DNA from: Kudoa neothunni
Lineage: Eukaryota; Animalia; Cnidaria
Direction: 5' to 3'
Length of the DNA stretch: 64,000 bases
NCBI GenBank assembly: GCA_964304625.1
Contig: OZ199839.1
Coordinates: 387,970-451,969, forward strand
Shown here: positions 25,698 to 39,501 of the stretch, piece by piece
Position numbering within the stretch: position 1 is the first letter of the stretch
How the letters are laid out: every line of letters begins with the position of its first letter
Program-made: the position numbers and the translations under genes
The notes under the pieces: model-generated
The model's input: the letters and a program-made list of their open reading frames with translations, nothing else
The model's database searches: none
What the model was told of the DNA's origin: nothing

Positions 25698-26598
25698 TGG
25701 GGTAGAAAATTACCCCATTTTTTTATTTGATAAAATTGTCTCAAATAAAAGTCAGCATTGACTGACTAAATATGAAGAAGATTCATCGAATAAATTTTAA
25801 ATAAATGACCAATTAATAAAGTTATATTCTATGTACGCGTGCGCTAATTTAATGTTGTTACATTTCCGTGGAGTGTGATTATATTTAAAGGTGTATTTCT
25901 GCGGTTTTTTAGTTTTTACGTTTAATTCAAATTTTATAACAGCTGCCAATTAATTTATCTTATTTTAAACAACGCTGTGTAAAACTGCGCGGGAAAACAC
26001 AAAATGATGGAAAACAGTGCTTATTTCACAAAAAAGTTATCATGTAGGTTTTTAAACACTTTATAAAACATAACAATTGTTAAAATATTATATCATATGT
26101 CTTTTTAATGCTCTCTACAATACGAAACTAAGAATATTGTTTAATAGTTTTCACATATGTTTTTGGATGCTCTGAAAAACGTAAGAATAAGCAAACCGAT
26201 GAAAATTCAACGTATTTTTAGTAACTGGTATAAAAATGATGGGAGAATGGAGAGCTATCGTTGTATTCTGAAGAGAGCGACATGCTTATATCTGTGTTGC
26301 GCATGCGGGCTGGCATCGCGTATATAATGTTTCGTTATTTATTCATTATTTACTCGATAGAATTTCCGGAAATTTTTAAAAATGACATTTATCAATATTT
26401 TAAATAATTTTATTTGGAAGTTGTTTTTACATTAACTTTGTTGATATATGACAACAAAAATTCAACTCATTTTTCCGAAAGTTTTCATAGAGATAAAAGA
26501 TTACAAAAAGTGAAGAAGATTTATGCTCCATTTATACGCTTTAACATTGTTGGCAAAATTCACTTGTGGTAGAAATCTACCCCATTTTACTTAAAAGG
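25698..26598. mobile_element. piggyBac-type MITE, family B, copy 2 (left terminus missing)
   Basis: Colinear with 17980-18837 and ends GGTAGAAATCTACCCCATTTTACTTAAAAGG-TTAA. Confidence 0.8.
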
Positions 26599-27438
26599 TT
26601 AACTAACTTAGTGGAAGTGATTGTAGCAAATTATTTAATTAGATAATTTTTAGTGGAGTAATTTCATTGTTTAAAATAGGGCCGATCTGTTTATATTAAA
26701 CACCATTCCAAAAAATATAAATGAAAAAGTTTCTTTGTACGATTTTTTTGTGATTTTTAGTTTGCATGGCTTGTGTGCCCCCCCCATAGTTCAGTTAATT
26801 CATATGCTTCATTTCTTCAAATAGTCTAAATATTTTTGGGCGAATTTTTTAATTAATCATGTTCCAAATTGTAAATTTAACGTAAACAGTCATTTTAACT
26901 TTTGTATAAAAAATTACAGCTTCTTTATGTTTACGGACGAATTAATATTAGTCTGGCTTCTAAAATATCTTGGAGAGGAATTAGAACCATAATCTATCTA
27001 AAATAGATAAATTTTATAATAAACTTGCTATTGTTCCCCGATGACCGAATGAAAAATCATGGACAAGATCAGACCCGGGTCATATTATCCCTGTTTTAGA
27101 TCCCTTCCGAAAACCTTAGAAGGGTCTGTAACGTTAGGAAGATTTCTATATCAAAGATAACATTTAAATTTATTTATTATGTCAAATTGTTAATGCCTTA
27201 AAATAATTATTTATTTGGGTCGAAAATGACCCAAGATGAATTTAAATATAATAATACTTTAACATAAAAAAATATCGTGTATAGAAGTAAATTTACAACG
27301 ATAAATTAAATTTTTTAATGTTGATCAATATAACTTTTAAAGAGTGACCTTTTCTCTGGAGTCATTTTTGACCCCAAACTCAGTATGAATGTTAAATCAT
27401 GTTTTTAAATAATCGTACGCATGCGAAAAACAGATAGC

Positions 27439-28423
27439 ATGAGTGCTATCAGAGCTTTAGTTGGTTGCAAAAAAGTTATTGATTACACTGTTAAAGTATG
27501 CACTGTTTTTTCTATTCAAAAATTACGCTTACAGATAAGGGTGAACAGAGAGAAAACATCTGTTGTTACCAAAGATGTAAAACATAGTTTAAATCCATTC
27601 GATGAGGTTGCCATAGAGCAAGTACCTTCGCGGATTTTTGGTAAAATATTGAATGAGACTAGGCGGTTGTTATGAAATCCAAAGGATGGATAGACGAAGT
27701 AACTGCTATCACGTGTGGCCCAACATCTCACAAAGTTCAATATAGTCTTTTCTATTAGATTTTTATTCATAGCTATAATTAAAGGATGTTTTACTAAATG
27801 CTTTATCGATGGGAGCAGACGAAGCTATCCATGTATTAGTTCCTGATGACGCTTGTTTACAACCATATGCAGTGGCCGAATTGCTTAAGGCTGTAGTTAT
27901 GAAACATAAATTTAATATGGTGGTCGTTGGAAAACAAGTTTTTTGACGCTGGTTGGTTAATTTTTAAATACATGCAAGGCTATTGACGACGATTGTCAAC
28001 AAACTGGTCAACTACTTGCTGGTATGCTAGAATGGCCCCAAGTCATAGCGATTTCAAACATTTTAAAACAACAAACAGGATTTGTCGTGAATTGTGAAGT
28101 TGATGGAGGTGTGGAGACATATTTTATTGAACCCCCATGCGTTCTAACAACCAGTCTACAACTCATAAAACCTCGATATCCTTCAATGATCAACATTATG
28201 GTGCTTTTGAAATGTGCAATTTGGAGTAAATAATGATTTACCACATAATTAGAAAGCGAGGAAAAAGAAAATCTTGGTGGAAGATTTCAAAAATCTATCG
28301 GTCGATATAACGCCTAAAATAAAAATTTTATCTGTAGAACAACCAGAATTAACAAGAAAAGGGACAGTCGTTGGCTCGTTTTCTGAGTTGATGGATGAGT
28401 TGGCGAAAAAGGGCTTGCTATGA
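27439..28423 (+). CDS. ETFB: Electron transfer flavoprotein subunit beta, 6 exons
   Basis: MSAIRALVGCKKVIDYTVK|IRV...KHSLNPFDEVAIEQ|AV...ALSMGAD...VGKQ|AIDDDCQQTGQLLAGMLEWPQ...KPRYPSMINIM|KARKKKI. The reading frame is intact across GT-AG introns. Confidence 0.97.
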
Positions 28424-28546
28424 TTCTCCTTTTTTAATTTGTTGGAAATTGTTATATATTATATCGGTGCCTGTTGGTGTCTAATTTTTAAGATTCTTAA
28501 ATGAATTTTTCTTTCTAATTTTAATAGCGCGCTATTACAAGGTTAA

Positions 28547-28630
28547 CCTTATAAGTAAAGTGGGATAGATTTCTACTCCAAACAAATTTTACCAACAATA
28601 TTATAGCGTATTAATGGAACACAACTCCTC
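28547..28630. mobile_element. piggyBac family B MITE terminus, interrupted by a Merlin element
   Basis: TTAA-CCTTATAAGTAAAGTGGGATAGATTTCTAC is the reverse complement of the right end of 17935-18837. Confidence 0.75.
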
Positions 28631-30105
28631 GGTAATGGGGGAGTGTGTTGCTCCCATTTTTCGCCCTTTTTGCACATGTGCGACAATCCCGATTTTATTT
28701 TAAATCAATCATTAATTATTTCAAACTTATGGTCGAATAACAATTAGCCCATAATTCACTTCTAAAATTGTTGCTATAATGCACGTTCGGCTTCAATCAG
28801 TGCGCGTGCATATGAATTCGTTAAGTAGTTTTGTTTCATTTTCCATATAAATTTAATTTAACAGCCATGATTAAACATGTTTTTGCGTTATTTTAAATTT
28901 ATATTAATAGTTGCAACGTTGCGAAAATAAAAATAGTTGTTTATTATTTCACAAAACAACTAAAGTATATTAATTTCGTTTGCCAAAGTTTCCTAGATTT
29001 CTGCGGTCGTAAAATCATTTATCATAATGTTTTTTAGTTCATATATTATTTTTCATATTCTATACCGATTCAAACTAAGCTAATCCAAAAATATATCACA
29101 TTTATTATTAATTTTCTTTCAAAAACGTATTAACTAAGAGTTAATTCACAATAACTTTTAATATTGTACATGAAATTCATGAATTTGCAGTTCTACGTGA
29201 ATTTTTAAATAGTTGATAAAGTCATTGTGAATATATAAAATGATTTCAAGGGAACTCTTTATAATGGTTTCTTCGATAATTTTTCTTTAACAAAGAAGAT
29301 GTTCTTTAATGAGTCATACAAAAGTAAAATATGCCCTAATTTAATCATTTTCATATTGTGTGTAATTTAAGTTGGGTGATTTCATTTATAGATTTTAGCT
29401 TTCTACATTAAAAACATTACGTAAAATAAATTAAAAAATAATACTTCATGTGTTATCACATTATTATGAGATTAAAAAGATACTACAATAATAAACGATT
29501 CCGTTTAAAAATAATCCTAAAATATAGAGGGAATTATAAAGCTCTTAATTTAAAAATTATATTTACTTTCAATTTAGCGTTGCGTATAGAATAAAAATCA
29601 TGAATTTAAAGAACGAAAACATGGAATTATTATTCAGTTAGTTCTAAGACATAGGGTAGAGTGTATTTATGGATTTTAAAATAAAATCGAAAAATTCCCA
29701 TTTATTTCTGAACTTCGATCGCATCCATTCTTCGTGAAGATATGGATCTAGATACACCCTGGGGTCACAACTCATCTGTCGTAATGACTTGCTCTTAAGA
29801 TGGTGTCACGCAACTTCCACTGTATTTGTGTGGTAACCCTCTCTTGTGACGTATTCTTTGGGATGGGTAACACTTTATGAGTAAATCCGTACATTCCAAG
29901 AGTGTGATATGCTTTCCACTCATCAGTAAAGAATGTGAAACCAGGCTCAACTTCATGGCGTATTAATGGTATCAATGTACTCGCACCCCTTCTTTGAAAA
30001 ATAAATAATCTAGATTCTAATGGACTTCTCTTGTCTTCATTATCGAAGGAGCATTCACATACCTCGACCATCAAAGACCCTTCGATACGATTACCATAAC
30101 ACTCA
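28631..30105 (-). mobile_element. Truncated Merlin (IS1595/ISXO2-like) element with a transposase remnant at ~29660-30105
   Basis: Terminus GGTAATGGGGGAGTGTG. ORF contains RRGASTLIPLIRHEVEPGFTFFTDEWKAYHTLGMYGFTHKV, the ISXO2/Merlin 'I.TD.W.AY..L...GY.H' signature. Confidence 0.85.
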
Positions 30106-30399
30106 ACAGTGGGGTAATTTGGATAAGGTTTTTGTCAGTTAACAAACCTATTAGTTTCTCGTTGTTGGGTAAAATGTTGTAAAATTGGCGCTGGCTATTG
30201 ATAAACACCATAGCGAAGATTCGGTAAATGTTGTGTTAACTAAAGTGAAAACTACCCTGAAAATGTTAAAAATGCATTATTTATTCTTAGATACAAATAA
30301 AGAATACATTAATTATCAGGAGCTAATAAGACAAATTATACATATAGTTTAAATAATTTTATGTAAAAACCAATATTTAGGGGAGATATCTGTTCAAAG

Positions 30400-32214
30400 T
30401 TTGTCCATAGTACGTTTCTAAGAAAGTAACTAAAGAAAATAATAATAATGATTCGGGAATAGTTTTAACGTTCTCCGAGTCTCTTATAAGTCTCGCTTTG
30501 GGTAAATTGTTGTTGTGGCTTCTGTTCTTTCCCCTACATCGTTCTCCAAAACTCCATTCAAAGCCACTCTTTGATTTACAAAATTTTGGAAATTTTTCAA
30601 AAGAATTTTCTTTCTCGATTTCGGAGTCAGATGAAGAAACACTTCCTTTAACATTATCGTCACAATAAGACGCATAGATAATGATCCTTCAAATTCGAGA
30701 TCACTGTCAAATTCCTCCTTATCGATATGATAACTCAATAAATCATCAGAATGTTCGCTAGACATTATCCTTAAAAGGTCCTATACTACAAAAAATAAAT
30801 CTGCTATGTATTATTATTATTATTGTTTATTTAAACGATAAAGAGGTATTCAAATTTGAGTTTCTAATCCTATGATAATCTCTTTACCGTATCGATAATA
30901 ATCGTCATGAGATTCAAACTTAAGATAAAATTGATGTTAACGATTAATTTCAATAAAATAAAATTAATACAGTAAGAGACCAATTTCACGTAATCCCCTC
31001 GATCACGTCCAATTTCACTCACCTGCGTGCGCAATTATTCAGAAAAAATTGGCATTTAATAATGATTAAATTGCGTTTGTAAAGGCTAATTAACTATATA
31101 TTAATTTTTAAACGATAATTAAAACTCGAGAAACGTGTTAACTGCACAAAAATATTTTTCAACGATCTATGAAATACTCTTCTTGCTGCTATCGGTAGAA
31201 TAAGGCAGTTTCGTCTACACTGTAAAAATAATTTTCAGAGTATCTTTTAAAAAATTTTCTGATTTAATTGATCTATTACGAAGTAGTTTCAGATGTAGAA
31301 ACAGTAGATTAGCTAATAAAATTTGATTTTTTAATGTTGGACTTTTTTTTAAAAGAGCGAAACCTACCATGAATTGCACACGAAGGTAAACCTTTTTCTT
31401 TGATCAATTGATTTCTCTTGATAATTATCGTGACGACGCTTACTACAATATTTCTGCTTCGTGTCCACCCAATCCACTCATCCATTTTCATCAACAGAAT
31501 TAAATTGTCTTGCATGCATATGATTTCTATTTTTAGATTGTACAACCACTTATAGGTTTAGATTATTTTATTTTTCATCTCTAGGATGCCATTAGGAGTC
31601 GGGATAATAGATATTTTAAAATGTGATACAGTGACCGTTTTTGGGTCGTTAGATTGAAGACTTTCATAATAATTAGTAATATTGTACTCTTCGACAATAG
31701 GTATAGGTATAGTTATAGGAGTTTATGGCATTAAATATTGATTTAACAAAATAATAAACATGAAATAATCGAAAAAATACGTGAAAATAGCCAACCACGT
31801 GATTTTCAACTACGTTATTTAGCAACTTTTTAAAATAATTTTTATAAAACCTTTGATTGAAATATTATAAGAAACATATTACGTAAACAATGACTAATAA
31901 ATATTCTAACTAAATTGGTTTTTAAAAAGTGCGTGAAATTGGTTACCTACTACTGTATTTAAAATTTAAATATTTTAATTAATTATATTTATAATCCGAA
32001 ATCTGAAATAACCTTTTTTCCAGGTATATCAAAAACATGCCCCCAAAAAAATCAATAATTATTTTATTATAAAAAAATTGTTAAAATTTTGAAAAACGGA
32101 ATTTAAGCGTTATTTCATTTATTAGGAATTCGTGAAATAATCAAATTCTTGAACAGTAAAAACACTGAAATACTAAAATTGGGATCAGAATTGACCCCGC
32201 TTCGTCCCGTAAGG
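30400..32214 (-). mobile_element. Degenerate piggyBac element: terminus at 32214 and acidic transposase N-terminus at 30484-30765
   Basis: On the minus strand, TTAA-CCCTTACGGGAC followed by a GGGGTCAATTCTGATCCC palindrome. ORF MSSEHSDDLLSYHIDKEEFDSDLEF, with KSKSGFEWS in another frame. Confidence 0.55.
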
Positions 32215-32344
32215 GTTAAAAATGGCAGAGGGTATTGGCACGGTAACTTTAATCCTAAATGGCATGTACGCATATACACTAAGAATTTTTAATCCCAACA
32301 ACCCACTCACAAGGTGAAAGCAGAATTAATCTTTTAGAATCTGC

Positions 32345-32404
32345 TTTACTTAATTATTTCTGACTCTTGGCTTCGCTTTTAGGGTTCAGAAATAATTAGA
32401 TATA
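32345..32404. repeat. AT-rich hairpin repeat, copy 2
   Basis: CTAATTATTTCTGA...GCTTCGC...TCAGAAATAATTAG. Confidence 0.65.
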
Positions 32405-32753
32405 CAATATTTATTCGAAAATAAGATCCGATATTAAATTAACCCTTTATGGACCAACTTGTGGCGCTCACGATTTGGACCACCTGGGGTTTATGGAGCT
32501 CAGGAATTTAAAAATATCAATCATATGATTATGAATTTTAGAAAGAATATGTTCATTACTCAATTCATCAGTAGAACTTTCTTCTAATGCATTTATATTT
32601 TCTAAGAAATCGTTTAGTTCACCATATGTTATACTTTCGCAGCTCGATGACATTTTAATCATTTCAAACGAATAAGCTCTAAATCAAGCTGTTACAACAA
32701 GAATTCGTATTTCTAATTTAATAATACATCAAGTTCTTAACAGCAGATTTAAA

Positions 32754-34636
32754 TCTACTATATAAAGCAAACCGGAAATCCGTGTATGTACGTATTTTTC
32801 ATTATTTATAGAGACATAATGCTTTATTTGAGCACACATATGGAAAGATAACATTTTATTTAAACACACAAAAATACGTAAAAACTTTTAAAAACTTTGC
32901 ATTCTACGAAATGACAATAATAACAATTTCACGTTGTATGATTGGTATGATTTGAAGATCTATGTAAACATAAAGAGGATCATTTCTTTAAAAGTTTTAA
33001 AGAGTCAATTTTAAACGTATCATAGTGTTTATTTTACTTGAAAAAAATTGAAAAGTAATTTAGTAATTGAATTAGTTCAAATAAGGTAGGTAATATTAGG
33101 TTATTTAGCCAAACATTAATACGAAATTCAATTGATGTTTACAAGATTAGTCTCATTTCGTATGGTTTGTTTTAGAGATTACTGTGAACAACATGGAGAA
33201 AACCGATATTTTAGGAGCTCTAAAGTGGATATTTTAAACGCTCAGTAGTGTTGATTCATTTTTAAAAATATTAAATAATGTTCATGCATCTAATTATTTA
33301 GGGTAAGTTACTTAAAATACAATTTAGGGCTTACTACGTTAACAGTATACGAACTTAATGCGGCACCGACATACACCTGAACAGGGTCGTTTCCTACAAT
33401 TTATCCTACTAATCGATTTCTCTTTAAAAAATTTATGATTATAAAAAAATAAGATTTTTTTTGAAGTATTTATCAATAGCATAGAGATTTCACATGAATA
33501 AGAATATGCTCGAGGTAAGATTTATTTCCAGTTTACGAGATTATTCTTGTTGGTCTAAAATTTATTAAGTCACCCTTTTTATGATAAAAAAACGTTAAAT
33601 ATTTCCAAAAACGAAGTGAATTTACAGGACTAATCGTAGGAAACAACATTTCGGGTTGTTTATGCGATACCGCCTAAAATTGGCACACATTGTAGTTTAG
33701 TCCGATTTTGTGTAAAACCTTAATAGAGACTTTATCGGTTGATATTTTCAAGATTAATCTTAATTAGACATTTAATAGACCGCATGTCAATATTTGCTTA
33801 AATTCCAGCTAGAATGATCTAAATTTTTACGCTTTTTATACTTTAGTAAAAATAAATTTTTATCACAAAAACGTATCTGGCTATTTTAATGACATATGAA
33901 ATGAAAACGATTGATATTTATTTATCTCATTTTTCCCTTTTTATCCAGTATTTATTAGTTTCTGCTTTTCCGCATAAAATTAGCGTCATGTTCAAAATAT
34001 GCCATAACAAAATGCATGAGATTACATGATGTTATATTTAGATGATTATTATTATTATTATTATTCTTTAGTCGGGACGGTAATTTGGTCTATTTTTCGC
34101 GTATCTAGAGACTTAAAATATATTTTACGTAGCGCAATTAATGACTAATCATATTTTACATTAACCCATTCTTTTTTCTTATAGAACAATAACGTGAACA
34201 AATTTAATGGACACAAGTGATGATTAATTAAATTAAATAGTCTGATTATTCAATTTAGATATTCTGATTAATATTGAAATATTAAAAATACGCCGCATAA
34301 TATACACCAATGTATTAACATCATGAAACAACATTTAATTTAAATTGTTGAAAAGAAATTGGTGGAGACATCAGCTTCAGAATTCATAGTTGAACAAAAC
34401 ATTACGCATTTACACGCCGATAATCTAATTTTTTATTAATCCGATTTGTGCGCTATCAAAATGACTTTACTAAATTAGATCCGTATTCATGTTTTGATAT
34501 TTTACTGAATAATAAGAATCTTTCCCTGCTATGTTTTATTCCCTTTATATTTTAGTAAAATGTTACAAATTACAAAAAATTGGTTACGTAAAAACATTGG
34601 TCAAGGACCCTGAGCGTGAGCCAGGGTTTGCGCTAG
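32754..34636 (+). mobile_element. Non-autonomous Helitron, second family
   Basis: A^TCTACTATATAAAGCAAACCGG...GTGTATGTACG 5' end; CCCTGAGCGTGAGCCAGGG hairpin followed by CTAG^T at the 3' end. Confidence 0.7.
33326..33704. mobile_element. Degenerate MITE with ~80-bp TIRs nested in the Helitron
   Basis: GGGCTTACTAC...GCGGCACCG...GTTTCCTAC is inverted against GTAGGAAAC...CGATACCGC...GTAGTTTAGTCC. Confidence 0.45.
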
Positions 34637-35169
34637 TTTGATTATAATCCATACTCAGCTAAATCATAAAATTTTAATTGTTTTTAAAAAAATAAATGAA
34701 TTCTTATAACAATGATAAACCTGACCTGGTCTAGTTTAAAATCAATTGCGAGCAGCGCAGGCCAATAACCATTAATTGTGAATACTTTTTGTTTATTCGT
34801 GAATGTTTGTGAACCTTGTTACATGTACGTAATAAAGTCACCTTTTGTTAAAAAAATTTTATATCGTTTAATAGCACCATTTTAGTTTATTTAACTCATA
34901 ATAAATGAATTGGTGTCAAAAGTTATGTCAAAAATTATTTGTTGGGGGATAAATTTAATCCCTTCTAAACCTTTGTGGATTTTATTTGAAAACGTTGTCA
35001 TCAGACTCTACCATGTGTGATCCAAAATTAACGTGAAATAATATTTATCGTTGATTTGAGATTTTAAGGCTATCATTAAATGTATTTGGTACGTGCAATA
35101 ATCCCGAGCAGATTAGCACTGATCCGAATGGACTATTTTGCTCTTGGTCAATTGATACCGGCAGTTTAA

Positions 35170-38100
35170 ATGGGTCGTCTCCAAAAAGATTTTTCTACTA
35201 AAAGATTTTACTTGCTTACTATTGTTTTTGGAGTATTTGTTGTTTTGGTCCTTTGGAAAGGTGTATTAATTGGTTTATTTGAAACCGATCGTTCTCTCCC
35301 TCCGTGTATTGATCCGCAGCTTTGTGTCGAAAGCGAAAATGTGAAAAAACATGTCCATGAGATGACGAAGTATGGCCAGCGTAGTTTTGGAAGTACAAAT
35401 TTGGACAAAGCATTTGATTACATTAGAAATGAATTGAAAACCTTATCTCACTCTGCCAATTCTAATTATCCCAACAAGCTAGAGATGTTGTATTCAGATG
35501 GTGAGATAGTTCAAACAATTTCATTCCATAATAGAAGTTTTATCTACAAGAATGTAACCAATCTATTATACACTTTAAAAGGTGGGTATGGCTTCAATAG
35601 GATATCATATCTCTTCAATTGCCATGTTGATTCAGTTGTGACTGGCCCTGGTGCATCTGATAACGCTGTCAACTGTGCTATAATGATTGAAATGATAAGA
35701 TTGTTAATAATTGCACAAAATAAAGATATTTTAAATAAAAATATTGATATGATGTTTTTGTTTAATGGAGCCGAAGAAAGGGGTCTCATAGGTGCTAGCG
35801 CGTTTGTCAATTCATCACAATTTCGTCATTCCAATATTCAAGGCATAATAAACCTTGATGCTTCTTCAACTGGTAACTATTTACATTAAGTTCTACCGTT
35901 GTTTTTTCGGCAGATAATTTAAAATTTGTAGCTCAGCGTGATTATCTATTCAGGACCAGTCGAAACAATCAATGGATGTTAAATATATATAAACAAGCGG
36001 CTCTATACCCCCTAACTAGTGTATTAGCTCACGAAATATACGACAGCGGAATAGTACCATCTTATACAGATTTTGCCATCTTTGAACGTTTCTCTAATAT
36101 CTCCAGTATGTGAGACTCAATGTTGAATATGACCTAGTAGTTTTTTAGTGATTGATATTGCTTTTGTCGGTAATGGATTCCACTATCATACTATTCGTGA
36201 TACGCAAGAAGAAATTGTTGACAGTGCTATCAGAAAAGCTTCTAGAAATTTCGCCAATCTAGCATATTTTCTTTTCACAGATGATGTGAGCAAGCATTTA
36301 AATAGCGATCAAAATCAACAATTTCCTATATTTTTTGATTATCTTGGGGTTTATATGTTTTTGTGGTCTTCATCCGACTATACATTAATAATCACTGTAG
36401 TTACAGTTATTATTTTATTTCGACTTTTCTACGAAAGACATTGGATTCTGGATCGCACTACAAAAACTAGTAATATTTTTTGTTCATGATGCATCATTAA
36501 ATTTTGAAACTTTTAGATATTTATATTGTTAATAGAGTGATTCTTTTTGCGATTTCTACAAGTTTTAGCTATGGGTGTGCGATAGTTTTTTGTTTGGTGC
36601 TAGCTATGATTTCGCATACGTTTGGTGCCAATATGTTGTGGATCAGTAATGGAAAACTTGTGATGAGTTGTTATGCAATATTCTTTGTCGTGATATATCT
36701 TCGAACGCTTGAATATATTTTGAGGCGGACGTTCTTCATTCCCTCTAATTATGAGTTGAATTCTCAGCTCATAGATCTTAGCCACAATTTGATTACTATA
36801 CTGTTAATATGGGCTCTTCATCTAATCAACATACGTTCTGGTTACGTTTTGTTGATGATGTTGCTACCGAATGTTATTTCGTGGGTAACGGTACGCATTT
36901 TGAAAAAATTGTATCACACCATTCGTGATGTGCATACCAATTTAAGTCATTCTATCGAATGGTATCATCTGTCAAATATGTTAAACGCCCTATGTCTCAT
37001 CCCTGTGATGGTGTATTTCTTCTATATTTTCTATTATATCTCACTGGTTTTATGCCCAATTTCTGGGAGGATTCCAAGTGCCCTAAATTCGGAGATATAT
37101 TTCTCATTAATAGTCTCAAGCTTTTGCATCATTTTAACTTATACCGCCGTATTTTTATTATTCACAAATAATTAATGTGTTAAATTCTAGACCCCATTAT
37201 TATTACGAATACATCGATACATTCGTTACTATCTAAACTGCATTGGCGTGGTAGGAATTGTGATATTTGTATATATTTTATTGGGTGGCTCTATTACTGG
37301 TAATATCCAAGCATTCTCAGTCGATAATCCCAAAAGACTCCACATTTCTGTAGGTGGTATCTCTCATTGCTTTGTTCTAATCTATATTAAATTTGATTAG
37401 CATGTAGATGTTTACGTTTACGAGCCAAACAACTATGGACAGCCATTAAAAAATTCTTATCTTTGTATTTTATCTATGGATAATAGATTTTTTCGGGATC
37501 TTCCCAAACATGTGTCCCGCCGCTTTCGACCGCTAAACCAACTTGAATCCTACTTATATCCCGGGATATTTTACATGAACACTCCCCAAATTTTTTCCAT
37601 GTAAATCAAAATTGATATGATTAATATTTTGTGCTAAGTTTTTAATCCGCCATTAGTAATTAGTAAACTTTCAAATAATATCATATCACTAGTAATATTT
37701 TATCCTATGTTTAGCAATGAAAACTTTTTGATGAGGACCACTTTACATAAAGCGAATCAGGATTTTCAAGCTCGCCTGAGAGAGATGTTTTGTTTTTCCA
37801 ACAGCTGCAAATATCAAGTTGAGATAGATGGTAGACGACATAAATTCTCTGATGAAATGTCTGAATTAATATTTTATTAGGCCGTGGTATAGTTGATGTT
37901 AAGCTAACTCTCACCAGTCCCAGCTCGATCCTATTGAACTCTTCAATAAACTTTAATTCGACATCACCAATGTTGGATACATCAAACCAAAGAACATATC
38001 ACCTTATATTGTATAAAGGAAATCGAGAATCTTTCACCTTTGACTTTGTCATTATTAATCCTAAATACGTATTTAGTTGGTGCTTCAATTTCCTTTTTAA

Positions 38101-38253
38101 ACCATCCTTTAGAGTCCTCATAACTACATATCAGTTTCTATTAGTAGTCACAATATAACAACCACCGAACAGCTCAACTCAATGATCAAACAACTACCTC
38201 CTTCCATTTGTCCACTTAGCATGGTTACAACGTTGCATGTATTTAAGCTCTAG
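35170..38253 (+). CDS. ERMP1: Endoplasmic reticulum metallopeptidase 1 (M28 family), multi-exon, multi-pass membrane protein
   Basis: N-terminal TM segment; M28 zinc ligands NCHVDSV, GASDNA, NGAEER, NLD and YHT; PSYTDF motif; hydrophobic middle containing PISGR; PKRL motif; C-terminus LPPSICPLSMVTTLHVFKL*. Confidence 0.92.
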
Positions 38254-38522
38254 ACTCTGTTTTACCTCTTCAATAATTTTTGACATAATCTGTTCTTTAT
38301 TAAAATTGTGTTTTTATTGCGCATAAAATTTACTCCAAAATTCGTGCAATGTAGACATCCGATTTTGTATACGTTTCAATAAAAAATATGTTTAAATTCC
38401 AATGTTTTAATTAAAATAATAATGTTTGAAATAATTAAAGGCAGAGACTATTGACATGATAAATTTTAATCCCATCAATTCTTAGTCACTAGCTATATGC
38501 AAATTTAATTTTTTAGAATATT

Positions 38523-38630
38523 CTATAATTAAATATTTCTGATTTGCCGTATCGTTCTTAGGGGTCAGAAATAATTAAATATAGTCAAAACTTACGACAC
38601 CAGATATTATTTACAGTAAAAATGGTCATT
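38523..38630. repeat. AT-rich hairpin repeat, copy 3, with tail
   Basis: ...GGGGTCAGAAATAATTAAATATAGTCAAAAC...ATTATTTACA; the tail is shared with 54270-54380 and, inverted, with 3215-3258. Confidence 0.65.
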
Positions 38631-38910
38631 TAAGTATAATTATTATTATTGGACTAGATCACTAAAAGATAAACGAGGCATTAAAGAAAGAGATTGATCA
38701 TAGGTTTACAACTAGTTACTGAATAATTATTCCTGAAGCATTTGTATCAATTTTTTATTGGGTTTAATAACCCTAAATAACATAATTCCTTAAAGTTCCT
38801 TGAGTATGTCATAAACCCTGTTGCATTTGTGCGAAGAAACTATCAATGCATATAATAATATATGTAGAACTTTTGTATTAGTAATAACAGAAGTAGCGAT
38901 AGCAATAATA

Positions 38911-39130
38911 GTCCTGGTGGTTTAGGATTTCCGCCCGCCACATTAGTGGGCTAGATCGGGGATCTGCCTCTGTTCATTGGGGTATTACTACGAACCCCAT
39001 TATGCCCAAATTGCCTTATCCAATCTTGGTGTCACTTAATTTAACTACTGCTATTTAAAATTTACCCTGGTTGAAAACCTCTGACTTGAAGGGTTAATAT
39101 GTCTAGGCCAAACACATGCCATCACGTTTT
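38911..39130 (+). mobile_element. Possible tRNA(Gly/Glu)-derived SINE relic
   Basis: GTCCTGGTGGTTTAGGATTTCCGCCCGCCAC resembles the tRNA-Gly(GCC)/Glu A box and anticodon arm; the B box is decayed. Confidence 0.35.
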
Positions 39131-39501
39131 ATAATTTTGAATTAAACCTCTTTAAAAATAAAAACAACAAATTCGTTAGAAAAATATTTTAATTCTAGTC
39201 AAAAGATAACAGGAACAGGTGTCTATAACGAGCAGGTTACAAGACCTGCCTCACCATTGGGAACTTAACTTGAAACACACTGTAAATAAGTCGTTTAGTT
39301 TAGTAGGTTATGATAATATTGAAATTCTAACACAAAAAATCCATAAAGGTTAAAAATAAATCAACTTATTAATATTTATACTTAATGCGTAATTCTAATA
39401 TTATTTTATAAAGATTTATAATGAAAGAAGACTAGAAAAATTTTGAACATAATTAGACAGTGTTCTATTTCGATGAAAACTGTTCAAAATTAAAATCTAC
39501 G

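Noticed and set aside
16585-26792. CACT(G/A)..GGGG ends at ~16588 and ~26790 as Transib-like TIRs of one large element
   Set aside because: The similarity is too short and degenerate, there is no TSD, and no transposase supports the pairing.
29772-30074. IS1595/ISXO2-like transposase as bacterial contamination or gene transfer
   Set aside because: It is the eukaryotic Merlin superfamily, embedded among spliced genes and nested with other eukaryotic TEs.
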